Assembly (NCBI GenBank): GCA_032654565.1
Contig: JAULAX010000010.1
Span: 128,001-192,000, forward strand
Direction of reading: 5' to 3'
From: Anaeromyxobacteraceae bacterium
GTDB taxonomy: Bacteria > Myxococcota > Myxococcia > Myxococcales > Anaeromyxobacteraceae
Length of the DNA: 64,000 nt
Positions within the stretch are counted from its first letter, which is position 1; every line of letters begins with the position of its first letter. This document shows, one piece after another, positions 55,739 to 64,000 of the stretch. The position numbers were made by a program, and so were the translations under genes. The notes under the pieces were generated by a model. That model was not told the DNA's origin, did no database searches, and saw nothing but the letters and a program-made list of their open reading frames with translations.

Positions 55739-57605
55739 CGGTCTTCCGTCTCAGGACCACCACGGTGATGTCGTCCGCCTGGGAGGCGGCAAACGCTTCC
55801 ACTTCGTTGAACACCCTGGTCAGGATCTCGGGGGCCGGGGCCGGCGCCTCGGCGCGCAGCAGGTCGGTGAGCCGGTCCTCGCCGAAGAGGGCCCCGGCGG
55901 CGTCCTGGGCCTCGACCACGCCGTCGGTGATGAAGCAGACGGCGTCGCCCGGGCCGAGCTGGAACTCGTAGGAGACGATCTGGGAGGAGAGGTCGGCGGT
56001 GAGCCCCACCCAGGGGCCGGCCGGCTCGACGACGTCGACCACGCCGCCGCGGCGGGAGATGAAGACGGGCTGGTGGGCGCCGGCGGCGAGGAAGCGCCCG
56101 CCGCCCATGTGCCGGGCCGCCATCAGGGTCAGGTAGTCGTCGCGCCCCATCCGCTGCCGGACGTTCTCGTGCACCACCCGGTTGACCGCCGAGACCACGT
56201 CGCGGGGGTCGCGGTTGGGGTCGTCGGCGATGGTCCCGTAGGCCGCCGCCTGGGCCATCATCATCACCAGCCCGGAGTTGATGCCGTGGCCGGAGACGTC
56301 GCCCACCAGCACCCAGAAGGTCTCGGGGAAGGCGAGGATGTCGTAGAGATCGCCGCCCACGTCCTCGGCCGGCTTCATCCGGGCCGCCACCTCGTAGCCG
56401 GGCACCGCCGGGCTGTTGGGGAGGATGGCGGTCTGGATGCGGTGGGCGATCTGCACTTCCTTGCGCAGCGCCTCGGTGCGCTGCAGCTCGACGTGGGAGC
56501 GGGCCACCTCGGCCACCATGGTGTTGAAGGAGCCGACCAGCGCCCCCAGCTCGTCGGCGTAGGTGCCGGGGATGCGGGTGGAGAGGTCGCCGTGGGCCAC
56601 CCGGGCCATCGACCCGGTCACCTCGGAGAGGGGGCGGGCCGCCGCCCGCAGCGCCCCGATGCTGACCAGCACGGCGCCGGCCATCACCGCCAGGAAGAGC
56701 AGGCCGAGCAGGAGGCGGAGCGAGCCCAGCTGGCCGAAGGCCGAGGCCTCCGGCTCCACCATCATCGCCGTCCAGCGCGGCGGGTTGGGCGACAGGTCGG
56801 TGCGCACCGAGAGCAGCGGGGCCATGCCGGGGCCGGCGGTGCGGGTCAGCACCCCCATGGCGGCCTGGGTCGCCACCACCGGCGCCACCAGGCTGGCGTC
56901 CAGCTCCGGCGGGACCAGCACCAGGGTGCGGGCGCCGTCGAAGACCACCGGCACCAGCTCGCCGTCGGCCCCGCCGATCTCCTCGAGCAGGCGCCTCATG
57001 GCGTTGGTGGAGACGGCCGCCACCACCGTCCCGACGATGTCGCTGGCGAAGTCGCGCACCGGCGAGGCCACCAGGATGACCGCCTCGTCCCCGCCCTCCC
57101 GGTCGAGCTGGGCCAGCGTCCCCAGCTCCACGGTGCCGGGGTCGTCGAGCAGCGCCTTCTCCACCACCCGCAGCTTGAGCGGACGGCCGTGCTGGGCGGT
57201 GAGGGCCACGCCGCGGCGCTCGCCCTGGGCGCCGGTGCGGACCCCGGCCAGCAGCGTCCCCTCCGGCCCGGTCAGGGCCACGGCCACGATCGAGCCGGCC
57301 TGGTCCTGGATGAGCCGGCGCAGGAAGTCCTCGGCGAACTTGGGGTCGCCGGAGTCGAGGGTGAGCTGCATGGCCTCGGCCTCCGACCAGGCCCGCACGG
57401 TGAGGGCGCGCTCCCGCTGGAAGCGCAGCACCGCCTCGTGGACCTCGCGGGAGCGGGCCTGGAGGTGGTCCTTGACCGCCGACTCGACCACGCCGCGGGC
57501 CACCCAGTCGAAGCCGAAGGCGGCCACCACCAGGGCCCCGGCCACCAGCGCCAGGGTGGCGGCCAGCAGCCGCAGCCGCAGCGAGTTGGTGATCCGCTCC
57601 AGCAC
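55728..57605 (-). CDS. Membrane SpoIIE/PP2C phosphatase with periplasmic sensor and HAMP (SiaA/RsbU-like)
   Basis: Two TM segments, HAMP DELGALVGSFNTM, and PP2C motifs VGGDLYD, GDVSGHG, TDGVVE and DDIT. Confidence 0.9.
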   Translation of the reverse strand: MLERITNSLRLRLLAATLALVAGALVVAAFGFDWVARGVVESAVKDHLQARSREVHEAVLRFQRERALTVRAWSEAEAMQLTLDSGDPKFAEDFLRRLIQDQAGSIVAVALTGPEGTLLAGVRTGAQGERRGVALTAQHGRPLKLRVVEKALLDDPGTVELGTLAQLDREGGDEAVILVASPVRDFASDIVGTVVAAVSTNAMRRLLEEIGGADGELVPVVFDGARTLVLVPPELDASLVAPVVATQAAMGVLTRTAGPGMAPLLSVRTDLSPNPPRWTAMMVEPEASAFGQLGSLRLLLGLLFLAVMAGAVLVSIGALRAAARPLSEVTGSMARVAHGDLSTRIPGTYADELGALVGSFNTMVAEVARSHVELQRTEALRKEVQIAHRIQTAILPNSPAVPGYEVAARMKPAEDVGGDLYDILAFPETFWVLVGDVSGHGINSGLVMMMAQAAAYGTIADDPNRDPRDVVSAVNRVVHENVRQRMGRDDYLTLMAARHMGGGRFLAAGAHQPVFISRRGGVVDVVEPAGPWVGLTADLSSQIVSYEFQLGPGDAVCFITDGVVEAQDAAGALFGEDRLTDLLRAEAPAPAPEILTRVFNEVEAFAASQADDITVVVLRRKTDDN

Positions 57606-57940
57606 TACTTGGTGCCCTGCTTGGCCGAGTAGTACTTGAGGAACTCGTAGATGTCGGCGGCCTGCTCTTCGTTGATGCCGGAGTTGGGGCGGCGGATCAT
57701 CTTCTTCATGTAGCGCTTCCAGTCGGCGGCATCGAACCGGGAGTTGATGGGCCGGGCCACCGGGTGGCACTTGGCGCACTTGGTGGCGAAGACCGGGTAG
57801 CGCTTCTGCATGGCCGGCGGCCAGGAGGAGACGTCGATCCGGTCCGGGCCGTCGTCACGGGGGTCCCACTCCGCCTTGGCCGGATCCTTGGCTCCCAGGG
57901 CCAGCGCCGCCGCCAGCACCACTCCCAACGTGAAGGTCAT
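57605..57940 (-). CDS. Small periplasmic monoheme cytochrome c
   Basis: Signal peptide, CAKCH, and a downstream W.RY..KM (candidate Met ligand). Confidence 0.8.
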   Translation of the reverse strand: MTFTLGVVLAAALALGAKDPAKAEWDPRDDGPDRIDVSSWPPAMQKRYPVFATKCAKCHPVARPINSRFDAADWKRYMKKMIRRPNSGINEEQAADIYEFLKYYSAKQGTK

Positions 57941-59088
57941 CAGAAGGCTCCCCCGAAACCGACGTGGCCCGACTGGAACACCACGAAGCTGGTCGGCTTC
58001 CAGTACTCGTACGACAGCTTGATGTAGATCCCCGAGGCGGGCGTGATCACGGTGCCGGCCGTGAACCGCTCGATGGCGCTGCTCGGGGTCATGGCCGCCA
58101 CCGAGCCGGGGAGCGGGACGCCCAGCCGCTCCAGCTTGTCGTAGCGGTAGACCATGGTGAGGTAGCGCCCCAGCGGGTGCTCCAGCTCCGCGTAGAAGCC
58201 CCGCTTGTCGAAGAAGGGGTCCACCAGGGTCCACTGGTAGCCGGTGGCGGCGGGGTCCAGGGCGGTGCGGCGCAGGGCGTACTCGCCGCGCAGCGTGGCC
58301 TTCCAGAGCTGGATGGAGAGGTCGACGCCGGCCACGTCGTACTGCAGCCGGGCGGCCCGGTCGTAGCGGCCGCCGGTGTAGCTGCCCCCCAGGCTGACGT
58401 CGCCGAGGGCGGCGCCGGGGTCGCTGGAGTAGGTGACGGTGATCCGCCCACCGTAGGATGGGACCTTGTTGTTGTCGGTGTAGGCCGAGCCGCGCAGCGC
58501 CATCCACTCCACGTCGTTGGTCCCCTTGAGGCCGGAGACGGCGTAGCCGGAGTACCAGATCTGCAGCAGGCTCCCCAGCCAGGCCTGGCCGTAGAGCATC
58601 AGGCCGGTGTCGACGTAGGGGAGCATGATGACGCCGGAGTTGAAGGAGGTCCGGTCGGCGTAGGCCATCCGCCCCATGTCGTAGATGAGCGGGGCCGAGG
58701 TGGTCTTGTGGCCGGACTGGTCGCCGCGGTTGCCGTACTCGCCGAAGGGGACGTTGAGCCGACCGATCTGCGCGTTGAACCAGGGCTTGGGCTGCCAGTC
58801 GAGCACCACGTGGTCCATCTCGATGCCGTGGCAGCTGATGCAGGCCTTGGCGGAGAAGGAGAGGGTGTCGTGGACGTCGACGCCGAAGCGCATCGAGGCG
58901 TCGATGGTGACCCCGCCCGGCGCCTTGACCTGGTCGCCGTCGCGCTGCTGCGTGGGGATGACCCAGCTGTCCACGTAGGCGGACCCGGAGAACTGCAGGC
59001 TGGGGGCGGCCACGGCGCGCGCCCCGCCCACCACGGCGGCGGCCACCGCCAACGCCGCGGCCAGGCGCGGGGCGCCTCGCTCAGTCAT
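57940..59088 (-). CDS. Outer-membrane beta-barrel (porin-like) carrying a CxxCH motif
   Basis: Signal peptide, alternating beta-strand pattern, GRLNVPFG, C-terminal Phe (GFGGAF) and CISCH. Confidence 0.75.
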   Translation of the reverse strand: MTERGAPRLAAALAVAAAVVGGARAVAAPSLQFSGSAYVDSWVIPTQQRDGDQVKAPGGVTIDASMRFGVDVHDTLSFSAKACISCHGIEMDHVVLDWQPKPWFNAQIGRLNVPFGEYGNRGDQSGHKTTSAPLIYDMGRMAYADRTSFNSGVIMLPYVDTGLMLYGQAWLGSLLQIWYSGYAVSGLKGTNDVEWMALRGSAYTDNNKVPSYGGRITVTYSSDPGAALGDVSLGGSYTGGRYDRAARLQYDVAGVDLSIQLWKATLRGEYALRRTALDPAATGYQWTLVDPFFDKRGFYAELEHPLGRYLTMVYRYDKLERLGVPLPGSVAAMTPSSAIERFTAGTVITPASGIYIKLSYEYWKPTSFVVFQSGHVGFGGAF

Positions 59089-60820
59089 TGGGCGCTCCGC
59101 TGCCGATCCAGGCCTCGATGGACAGGATCTCCTCCTCGGTGAGTGGCTCCCCCGCGCTCGGCGGCGGCATCCGGTCCCCCAATCCTCCCACGGAAGCGTG
59201 GGTGCCGCGGAGTTTGTTGACCAGGTAGCTCTTCTCGGGGCGTCCCGGCTCGACCAGGCCGAGCGGGGCCTGGACCGAGGGGACCGAGACCAGCTGCGAC
59301 CACCCGACGGGGGCGTCGAGCGAGACCGGCACGCCGTTGGGCGGGGGCGGGCCGCCGGAGTGGCAGGCGGTGGTGGCGCAGCGCGGGACGAAGAGGTTGG
59401 CGCTGAGGGCCGACCAGGCGCCGCCCCCGCCGCCGCCGGGGCTGCCACCCTGGCGAGGCAGGAACTGGGCGTCGTCGGGGTCGCCGGTCAGCCGGCGCCG
59501 GGCCAGCTCCAGCGTCCAGGTCCCGTCGGCCCAGCGTGCCCGGGCGCGCACGTCGTCGCGGTGGGGGCTGGGGCGGTGGAGCAGGAAGCCGGGGAGGGTG
59601 AAGGGGCCGGCGCCGGTGGGCGGGGCCAGCGCCGCCGGGGGTGTGCCGAGGGGCGGCGGCGGCGGCGAGGCCAGGAAGCGAGGGTCCCAGCCGGGCTCGG
59701 GGTCGACCGGCTGGCGGTAGAGGTAGGGCGGGTTGAGGGTGTCGTCGCCGCCCCCCGCCCCCGCCGCCCGGGCGAAGGGCTGCCCGGGGAGGCCGGCGGT
59801 GAGGTTGGCGGTCGAGGTGCCGCGGCTGCAGGGGTAGACCGCCTGGCCGAAGGCGTCCTTCTCGGCGCAGGCCCGGGCGCAGGTGAGCCCGTCGCCCGCC
59901 CGGCAGCGATCGCCGGCCGGACCGGTGCTCTCGATGCGGAGGTCGTCGGCCAGGCCGTACGGGGCGGTGGAGGCGGCCCGCCAGGTCCAGGCGTCGAGCC
60001 GCTCGGTGGCCGCGCCGGTGCGGCAGGTGAAGCTGGCCAGGTAGCTCGCCGGCGGCCAGGGGGAGGGGGCCGGCGAGGGGGCGGTGACCAGCGGCGGCGC
60101 CGAGGCCAGGTGGCAGGCGGTGGCGCAGCCCAGCGCGGCGTGGGCCGGGGCGCCGTCGCCGATGGCGAAGGAGACGTAGGCGGCGTCCTCCGACCGGGTC
60201 CGGTCGGCCCGCCAGGCCGCCCCGCCGGCGTCCCAGCTCCACGGCTGGTGGACCTGGTGGGCCGCCGGGGTGCGCCACTGCAGCAGCAGGTAGAGCTCCT
60301 GGTCGTCGAAGCCGGCCCGCACCGAGACGCTGGCCACGCCGTGGTCGAAGGGGGGGAGCGGGAGAGTGCAGCCGGCCGAGCCGGCGGCGGCGGTGGCCGG
60401 CGGCGCGTCGGGGGCGCAGGGGGCGGGGCAGGCCGGGGCGCCGGTGGTGGGATCGATCACCTGGCTGTGGTGCGTCCTCCAACGGCAGTACCAGCCCGGC
60501 GCGGTCAGCCCCACCCGCTCCCCGGCCGGCGCCAGCGCCACCTCGGTGGCGGGCCAGCCGGACCAGTCGCCGGCGTCGCCGTCGAGGACCGGCGGGGTGG
60601 CGAAGCGGCGGGCCAGCACCCGGCCGGGCCCGGCGCCCGAGCCGGCGAAGGCGAGGGTGACCGGCCCCGAGCTCTGCGGCACCAGCCCTCCCTCGGCGAT
60701 GACGCCGATGGAGATCACCGTGTCGACCGGGGTGGAGGCCGACGCCGGACGCTCCACGCAGCCGAGGGCGGCGAGCGCCGCGACGGCGGCGGTGAGCGGT
60801 CGTGCCGAACAGAGCCTCAT
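59081..60820 (-). CDS. Heme lipoprotein: ethylbenzene-dehydrogenase/DOMON-like domain fused to a cytochrome c domain
   Basis: Lipobox ALGC, PVLDG..DW, YLLLQW, ED, CATACH, D.W.W.A and W.DGTWTLELARR; after a Gly linker, CATTACH...SYLVNKL..RMP. Confidence 0.75.
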   Translation of the reverse strand: MRLCSARPLTAAVAALAALGCVERPASASTPVDTVISIGVIAEGGLVPQSSGPVTLAFAGSGAGPGRVLARRFATPPVLDGDAGDWSGWPATEVALAPAGERVGLTAPGWYCRWRTHHSQVIDPTTGAPACPAPCAPDAPPATAAAGSAGCTLPLPPFDHGVASVSVRAGFDDQELYLLLQWRTPAAHQVHQPWSWDAGGAAWRADRTRSEDAAYVSFAIGDGAPAHAALGCATACHLASAPPLVTAPSPAPSPWPPASYLASFTCRTGAATERLDAWTWRAASTAPYGLADDLRIESTGPAGDRCRAGDGLTCARACAEKDAFGQAVYPCSRGTSTANLTAGLPGQPFARAAGAGGGDDTLNPPYLYRQPVDPEPGWDPRFLASPPPPPLGTPPAALAPPTGAGPFTLPGFLLHRPSPHRDDVRARARWADGTWTLELARRRLTGDPDDAQFLPRQGGSPGGGGGGAWSALSANLFVPRCATTACHSGGPPPPNGVPVSLDAPVGWSQLVSVPSVQAPLGLVEPGRPEKSYLVNKLRGTHASVGGLGDRMPPPSAGEPLTEEEILSIEAWIGSGAPND

Positions 60821-60916
60821 GTCACCTGGACGCCCGCGCGGGCGCTCCATCCCCCGGGAGCCGGAGCTGGACCCGTCGTGCGAGGTGCCATGGTACCGGG
60901 GGGCGCCGTGTGGGTG

Positions 60917-61219
60917 TCAATGCGCTTCGGACCTCCGGCGGCCGGCCCCGGGCCGCACCTCGCCGGCCACCAGCCCGAGCTTCTGGGCCCGGGTCAGCCG
61001 CTTCAGGGCCGCCTCCCGGCGCTGCGCCCCGCTCCGCCCCCGCGCCGGGGCGCTCCAGACCAGGGTCACCGGCAGGCGCGAGCGGGTGTAGCGGGCTCCG
61101 CGCCCGGCGGCGTGGGCCAGCAGCCTCGCCGGCAGGTCGTTGGTGGCGCCGGTGTAGAGCGAGCCGTCGCGGCAGCGCAGCATGTAGACGCGCCACCCTC
61201 CGGTCCGCCGCGCCGCCAC
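60917..61219 (-). CDS. GIY-YIG nuclease family protein (YhbQ-like)
   Basis: VYMLRCRDGSLYTGAT, GARYTR and REAALKRL. Confidence 0.9.
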   Translation of the reverse strand: MAARRTGGWRVYMLRCRDGSLYTGATNDLPARLLAHAAGRGARYTRSRLPVTLVWSAPARGRSGAQRREAALKRLTRAQKLGLVAGEVRPGAGRRRSEAH

Positions 61220-61232
61220 GTCGCGCCCCAGC

Positions 61233-61421
61233 CTAGCGGCCGCGCTGGGCGCTGCGGGCGGTGCGCTTGGCGACGAACGGGTTGCTCGGCTTGCCGCCGC
61301 GCGGCAGCGGCTCCACGCCCGGCTTGGTCTCCAGGTGGATGGCGTGCTCGGGCCCCTGCTGGACCGGCTCGCTCCGGTGGACCGGCTTTCCATCCTTCTT
61401 GCGCTTCTTGCTGACGGGCAT
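61233..61421 (-). CDS. Small basic hypothetical protein
   Basis: GGAGG RBS, then MPVSKKRKKDGKPV..., with host-like codon use. Confidence 0.65.
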   Translation of the reverse strand: MPVSKKRKKDGKPVHRSEPVQQGPEHAIHLETKPGVEPLPRGGKPSNPFVAKRTARSAQRGR

Positions 61422-61662
61422 CTGGCCTCCTCGTGGCGTGGGGTGATTCTAGCCTAGAACGGGGAAGCCCCGGGGAGGAACGAGGCGCCGGCGACCGTTC
61501 GACGAACGTTCGAAGGTCGGGTCGACGGGCCCGGCGGCCCCTGCCGTGGCGGCCCGCGGGCCCGCGGCGCGGGTCTGGTCCATGCACGTGGTGGCTCACG
61601 AACCACGAACCCACGAGCCCTGACACGCCGAACACCACCCATTCGCCACAATCGAAGGTCAC

Positions 61663-62544
61663 ATGAGACAGCTCACGCTGAACGGACTCTTCCTGCTGGC
61701 CGCCCTTGGATCCAGCGCCTGCGTCGCCCCCGCGGTGGCGACCCGTCCCGAGACGGCCGATGACGACGGCGCCCAGGACCAGGCGGCGATGGGGCTGCGG
61801 GATCACCACCGGCATCAGCATCGCGCCGGGGTCCTGCAGTTCACCGCCATGAGCCTCGACACCCTGGCCACCGAAGACGCCCGCCAGCCGCAGGTCGAGC
61901 GGATCCATGGCGACCTGCACGCCTGCATGGCCCCCACCAGCGGCCTCCACCGGAGATTGCTCACGGCGATCGCCGATGGCGTCGCGGCCGGGGCCGTCGA
62001 CGCGCAGAGGATCCAGCCGATCATCGAGGACCTGAACGCCGCCGGGGCCGCCATCCAGGCCTGCGGCGCCGACGCACTGAACCGGCTCCACGCCATGCTC
62101 TCGCCGGTGGAGCGCGAGGACCTGACCGACAAGGTCCGGGCCCACTGGGAGGTCTGGCGGCAGGTCAACGCCGAGGAGCAGGCCGGAGCGCGCGGACCGG
62201 GCGGCCGGCTCGCCGTGCTGACCCAGGAGCTGGGCCTGGCGCCGGGCCAGGTCGACCGGATCTCGGCGGCCCTCCAGCTGGCGCGGGCCGGGCGCGGCGG
62301 CACCTTCGACCGCGAGAAGGCGTCGGTCGACGTGCAGCGGTTCACCGAGGCCTTCGTGCGGGCCTCCTTCGATGCCCGGGCGGTCGCCGGCGTCGAGAGC
62401 ACCCGACTCGCCGGCCACGGGGCCGCCCGCATGTCGGTCTTCTACGAGACCGTCACCCCGCTCCTGACGCCGAGCCAGCAGGCGGCGCTCGCCGGCCAGC
62501 TGCGGAACCGCGCCGATCACAACCCCGCCGTCTCTTCCAACTGA
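61663..62544 (+). CDS. Hypothetical helical lipoprotein (Spy/CpxP-like)
   Basis: Lipobox SSAC, His-rich patch, and LSPVER / LTPSQQ (LTxxQ-like) motifs. Confidence 0.65.
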   Translation: MRQLTLNGLFLLAALGSSACVAPAVATRPETADDDGAQDQAAMGLRDHHRHQHRAGVLQFTAMSLDTLATEDARQPQVERIHGDLHACMAPTSGLHRRLLTAIADGVAAGAVDAQRIQPIIEDLNAAGAAIQACGADALNRLHAMLSPVEREDLTDKVRAHWEVWRQVNAEEQAGARGPGGRLAVLTQELGLAPGQVDRISAALQLARAGRGGTFDREKASVDVQRFTEAFVRASFDARAVAGVESTRLAGHGAARMSVFYETVTPLLTPSQQAALAGQLRNRADHNPAVSSN

Positions 62545-62551
62545 GGACCCC

Positions 62552-62872
62552 ATGAACAAGACTCTGGTGACGATGCTGAAGGGCGCGCTCCTGCTGGGCG
62601 CCATCTCCGCCGCGCTCGCGGCCGCTCCGGCCCAGGCGCAGATCGAGATCCGGATCGGGCCGCCGGCCTGGTACATCGCGACCTCCAGGCCCACCTACTA
62701 CGAGGGCCACGCGGCCTACTGGTACGGGAACCGCTGGCAGTACCGGGAGGGGAACAGGTGGCACGCCTATCGTGACGAGCCCAGGTACCTTCGCGATCGC
62801 CGAGGCGGCCACCGTGACCGGGAGCGCCACGACTACGGCCACGGGAACCGGGGCGGCTACAACCGGAGGTAG
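62552..62872 (+). CDS. Small secreted Arg/Tyr/His-rich protein
   Basis: Signal peptide ending AQA, and YWYGNRW...W repeats. Confidence 0.65.
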   Translation: MNKTLVTMLKGALLLGAISAALAAAPAQAQIEIRIGPPAWYIATSRPTYYEGHAAYWYGNRWQYREGNRWHAYRDEPRYLRDRRGGHRDRERHDYGHGNRGGYNRR

Positions 62873-62969
62873 CCGCTGGTCGCGCCTCCCAGGTCCATGC
62901 AGTCCGAGCGTACGCATGGAAAGGCCGGGGCTCCTCGAGGCATCCCTCGGAAGTCCCGGCCTGGAGAAA

Positions 62970-63046
<77 letters not shown>

Positions 63047-63100
63047 GTGCGGGAAGGGTACTTAGGGCATCCACCCCGGAAAGGCAAGGCGGTTCACGGA

Positions 63101-63130
63101 CCTGGACTTCGTGGTCTGGTGAAGTCCAGG
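63101..63130. promoter_or_regulatory. Perfect 10-bp inverted repeat with 10-nt spacer
   Basis: CCTGGACTTC-N10-GAAGTCCAGG between the divergent tRNA and napC-like gene. Confidence 0.5.
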
Positions 63131-63198
63131 AGCGGACGGAAAAAGTGCTCGGAAGCAGTTGAGCCCATCGGGGTCGAACTGCTACAAACCGCCGCACC

Positions 63199-63894
63199 GT
63201 GTTCCAAATACACACTACCGAAGACGTCCTCCGGCTCGCCGCCCTCGCCTCGGCGGTCATCGCCATCGCCATCCTGGTCTACTACCTGGTGGCTCGCCCG
63301 CCGCTGGGCCGCTCCGCCAAGGTGGTGCTGCTGTTCGGGCTCGGGGTGATGCCGCTGGCGGTCTCGCTGGCCGGCAACATCTCCGGCTTCGAGTACACGC
63401 TCAAGACCGACTTCTGCGGCTCCTGCCACGTGATGCGCCCCTACGTGGAGGACGCCGCCGACCCGACCTCGAAGTCGCTGGCCTCGATCCACAGCCGCAA
63501 CAGCACCTTCGGCCACGAGTCCTGCTACACCTGCCACGCCGACTACCAGATCTTCGGGGCCATGACCACCAAGGCCAACGGCATGAAGCACCTCTACTTC
63601 TACCTCACCGAGTACTCGAACACCGGCCCCTACGGCGAGGGGGGCAAGCCCATCCACATGTACAAGAAGTTCCAGAACACCATGTGCACGCGCTGCCACT
63701 CCACCGAGGCGCCGCGCTGGGGGGCGGTGGAGGACCACGCTGGCCTGCTCGAGGACCTCCGCAAGGGCGAGGCCAAGTGCATCGACTGCCACACCGGCGA
63801 CCAGATCCACCCGCGGGCCTTCGCGCACGGCGGCACCGGCAAGGGCGTCGCCGCGGCCGGCAGCGCCGCCCCGGCCCACGCAGGCGAGAAGTAG
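63199..63894 (+). CDS. NapC/NirT family tetraheme cytochrome c
   Basis: N-terminal TM segments, TDFCGSCHVM, CYTCH, CTRCH and CIDCH. Confidence 0.88.
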   Translation: MFQIHTTEDVLRLAALASAVIAIAILVYYLVARPPLGRSAKVVLLFGLGVMPLAVSLAGNISGFEYTLKTDFCGSCHVMRPYVEDAADPTSKSLASIHSRNSTFGHESCYTCHADYQIFGAMTTKANGMKHLYFYLTEYSNTGPYGEGGKPIHMYKKFQNTMCTRCHSTEAPRWGAVEDHAGLLEDLRKGEAKCIDCHTGDQIHPRAFAHGGTGKGVAAAGSAAPAHAGEK

Positions 63895-63904
63895 GGAGGG
63901 GACC

Positions 63905-64000
63905 ATGTTCAACGTCACCAAGATCACCATCCGCCGGCTGGTCCTGATCTCCATCGTCATGACCCTGATCTCGCTCTTCCTGATGGTCGCCTCCATCATC
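63905..64000 (+). CDS. Membrane protein (3' partial)
   Basis: GGAGG RBS, then MFNVTKITIRRLVLISIVMTLISLFLMVASII, running off the window. Confidence 0.65.
   Translation, partial: MFNVTKITIRRLVLISIVMTLISLFLMVASII

Overview
A very GC-rich bacterial chromosomal window, most consistent with an Anaeromyxobacter-like Myxococcota genome. The evidence is a carD-carG pair with an H1-like K/A/P tail, the tmRNA tag ANEPMALAA, and many multiheme cytochromes. It holds about 58 CDSs, tmRNA (ssrA) and tRNA-Arg(CCG). No CRISPR array, integrase or transposase was seen. Main points of interest: (1) a six-gene, fully overlapping operon (54826-60820) joining a heme lipoprotein, a CxxCH-bearing outer-membrane beta-barrel and a small cytochrome c to a HAMP/PP2C phosphatase, an HATPase-like protein and a STAS/SiaC-like protein, a candidate trans-envelope redox-sensing partner switch; (2) a probable selenoprotein redoxin whose UGA is followed by a SECIS-like hairpin; (3) an archaeal-type topoisomerase VI operon followed by a tiny Arg/Lys-rich protein; (4) a single-chain NfnA-NfnB with extra Cys-rich and ferritin-like domains; (5) a lipoprotein cytochrome with about 37 putative heme sites behind an FNR-like box; (6) an orphan DpnA-like methyltransferase; (7) tandem paralogous repeat lipoproteins; (8) a decayed accessory region downstream of ssrA. 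All calls come from reading motifs by eye. No database searches were run.
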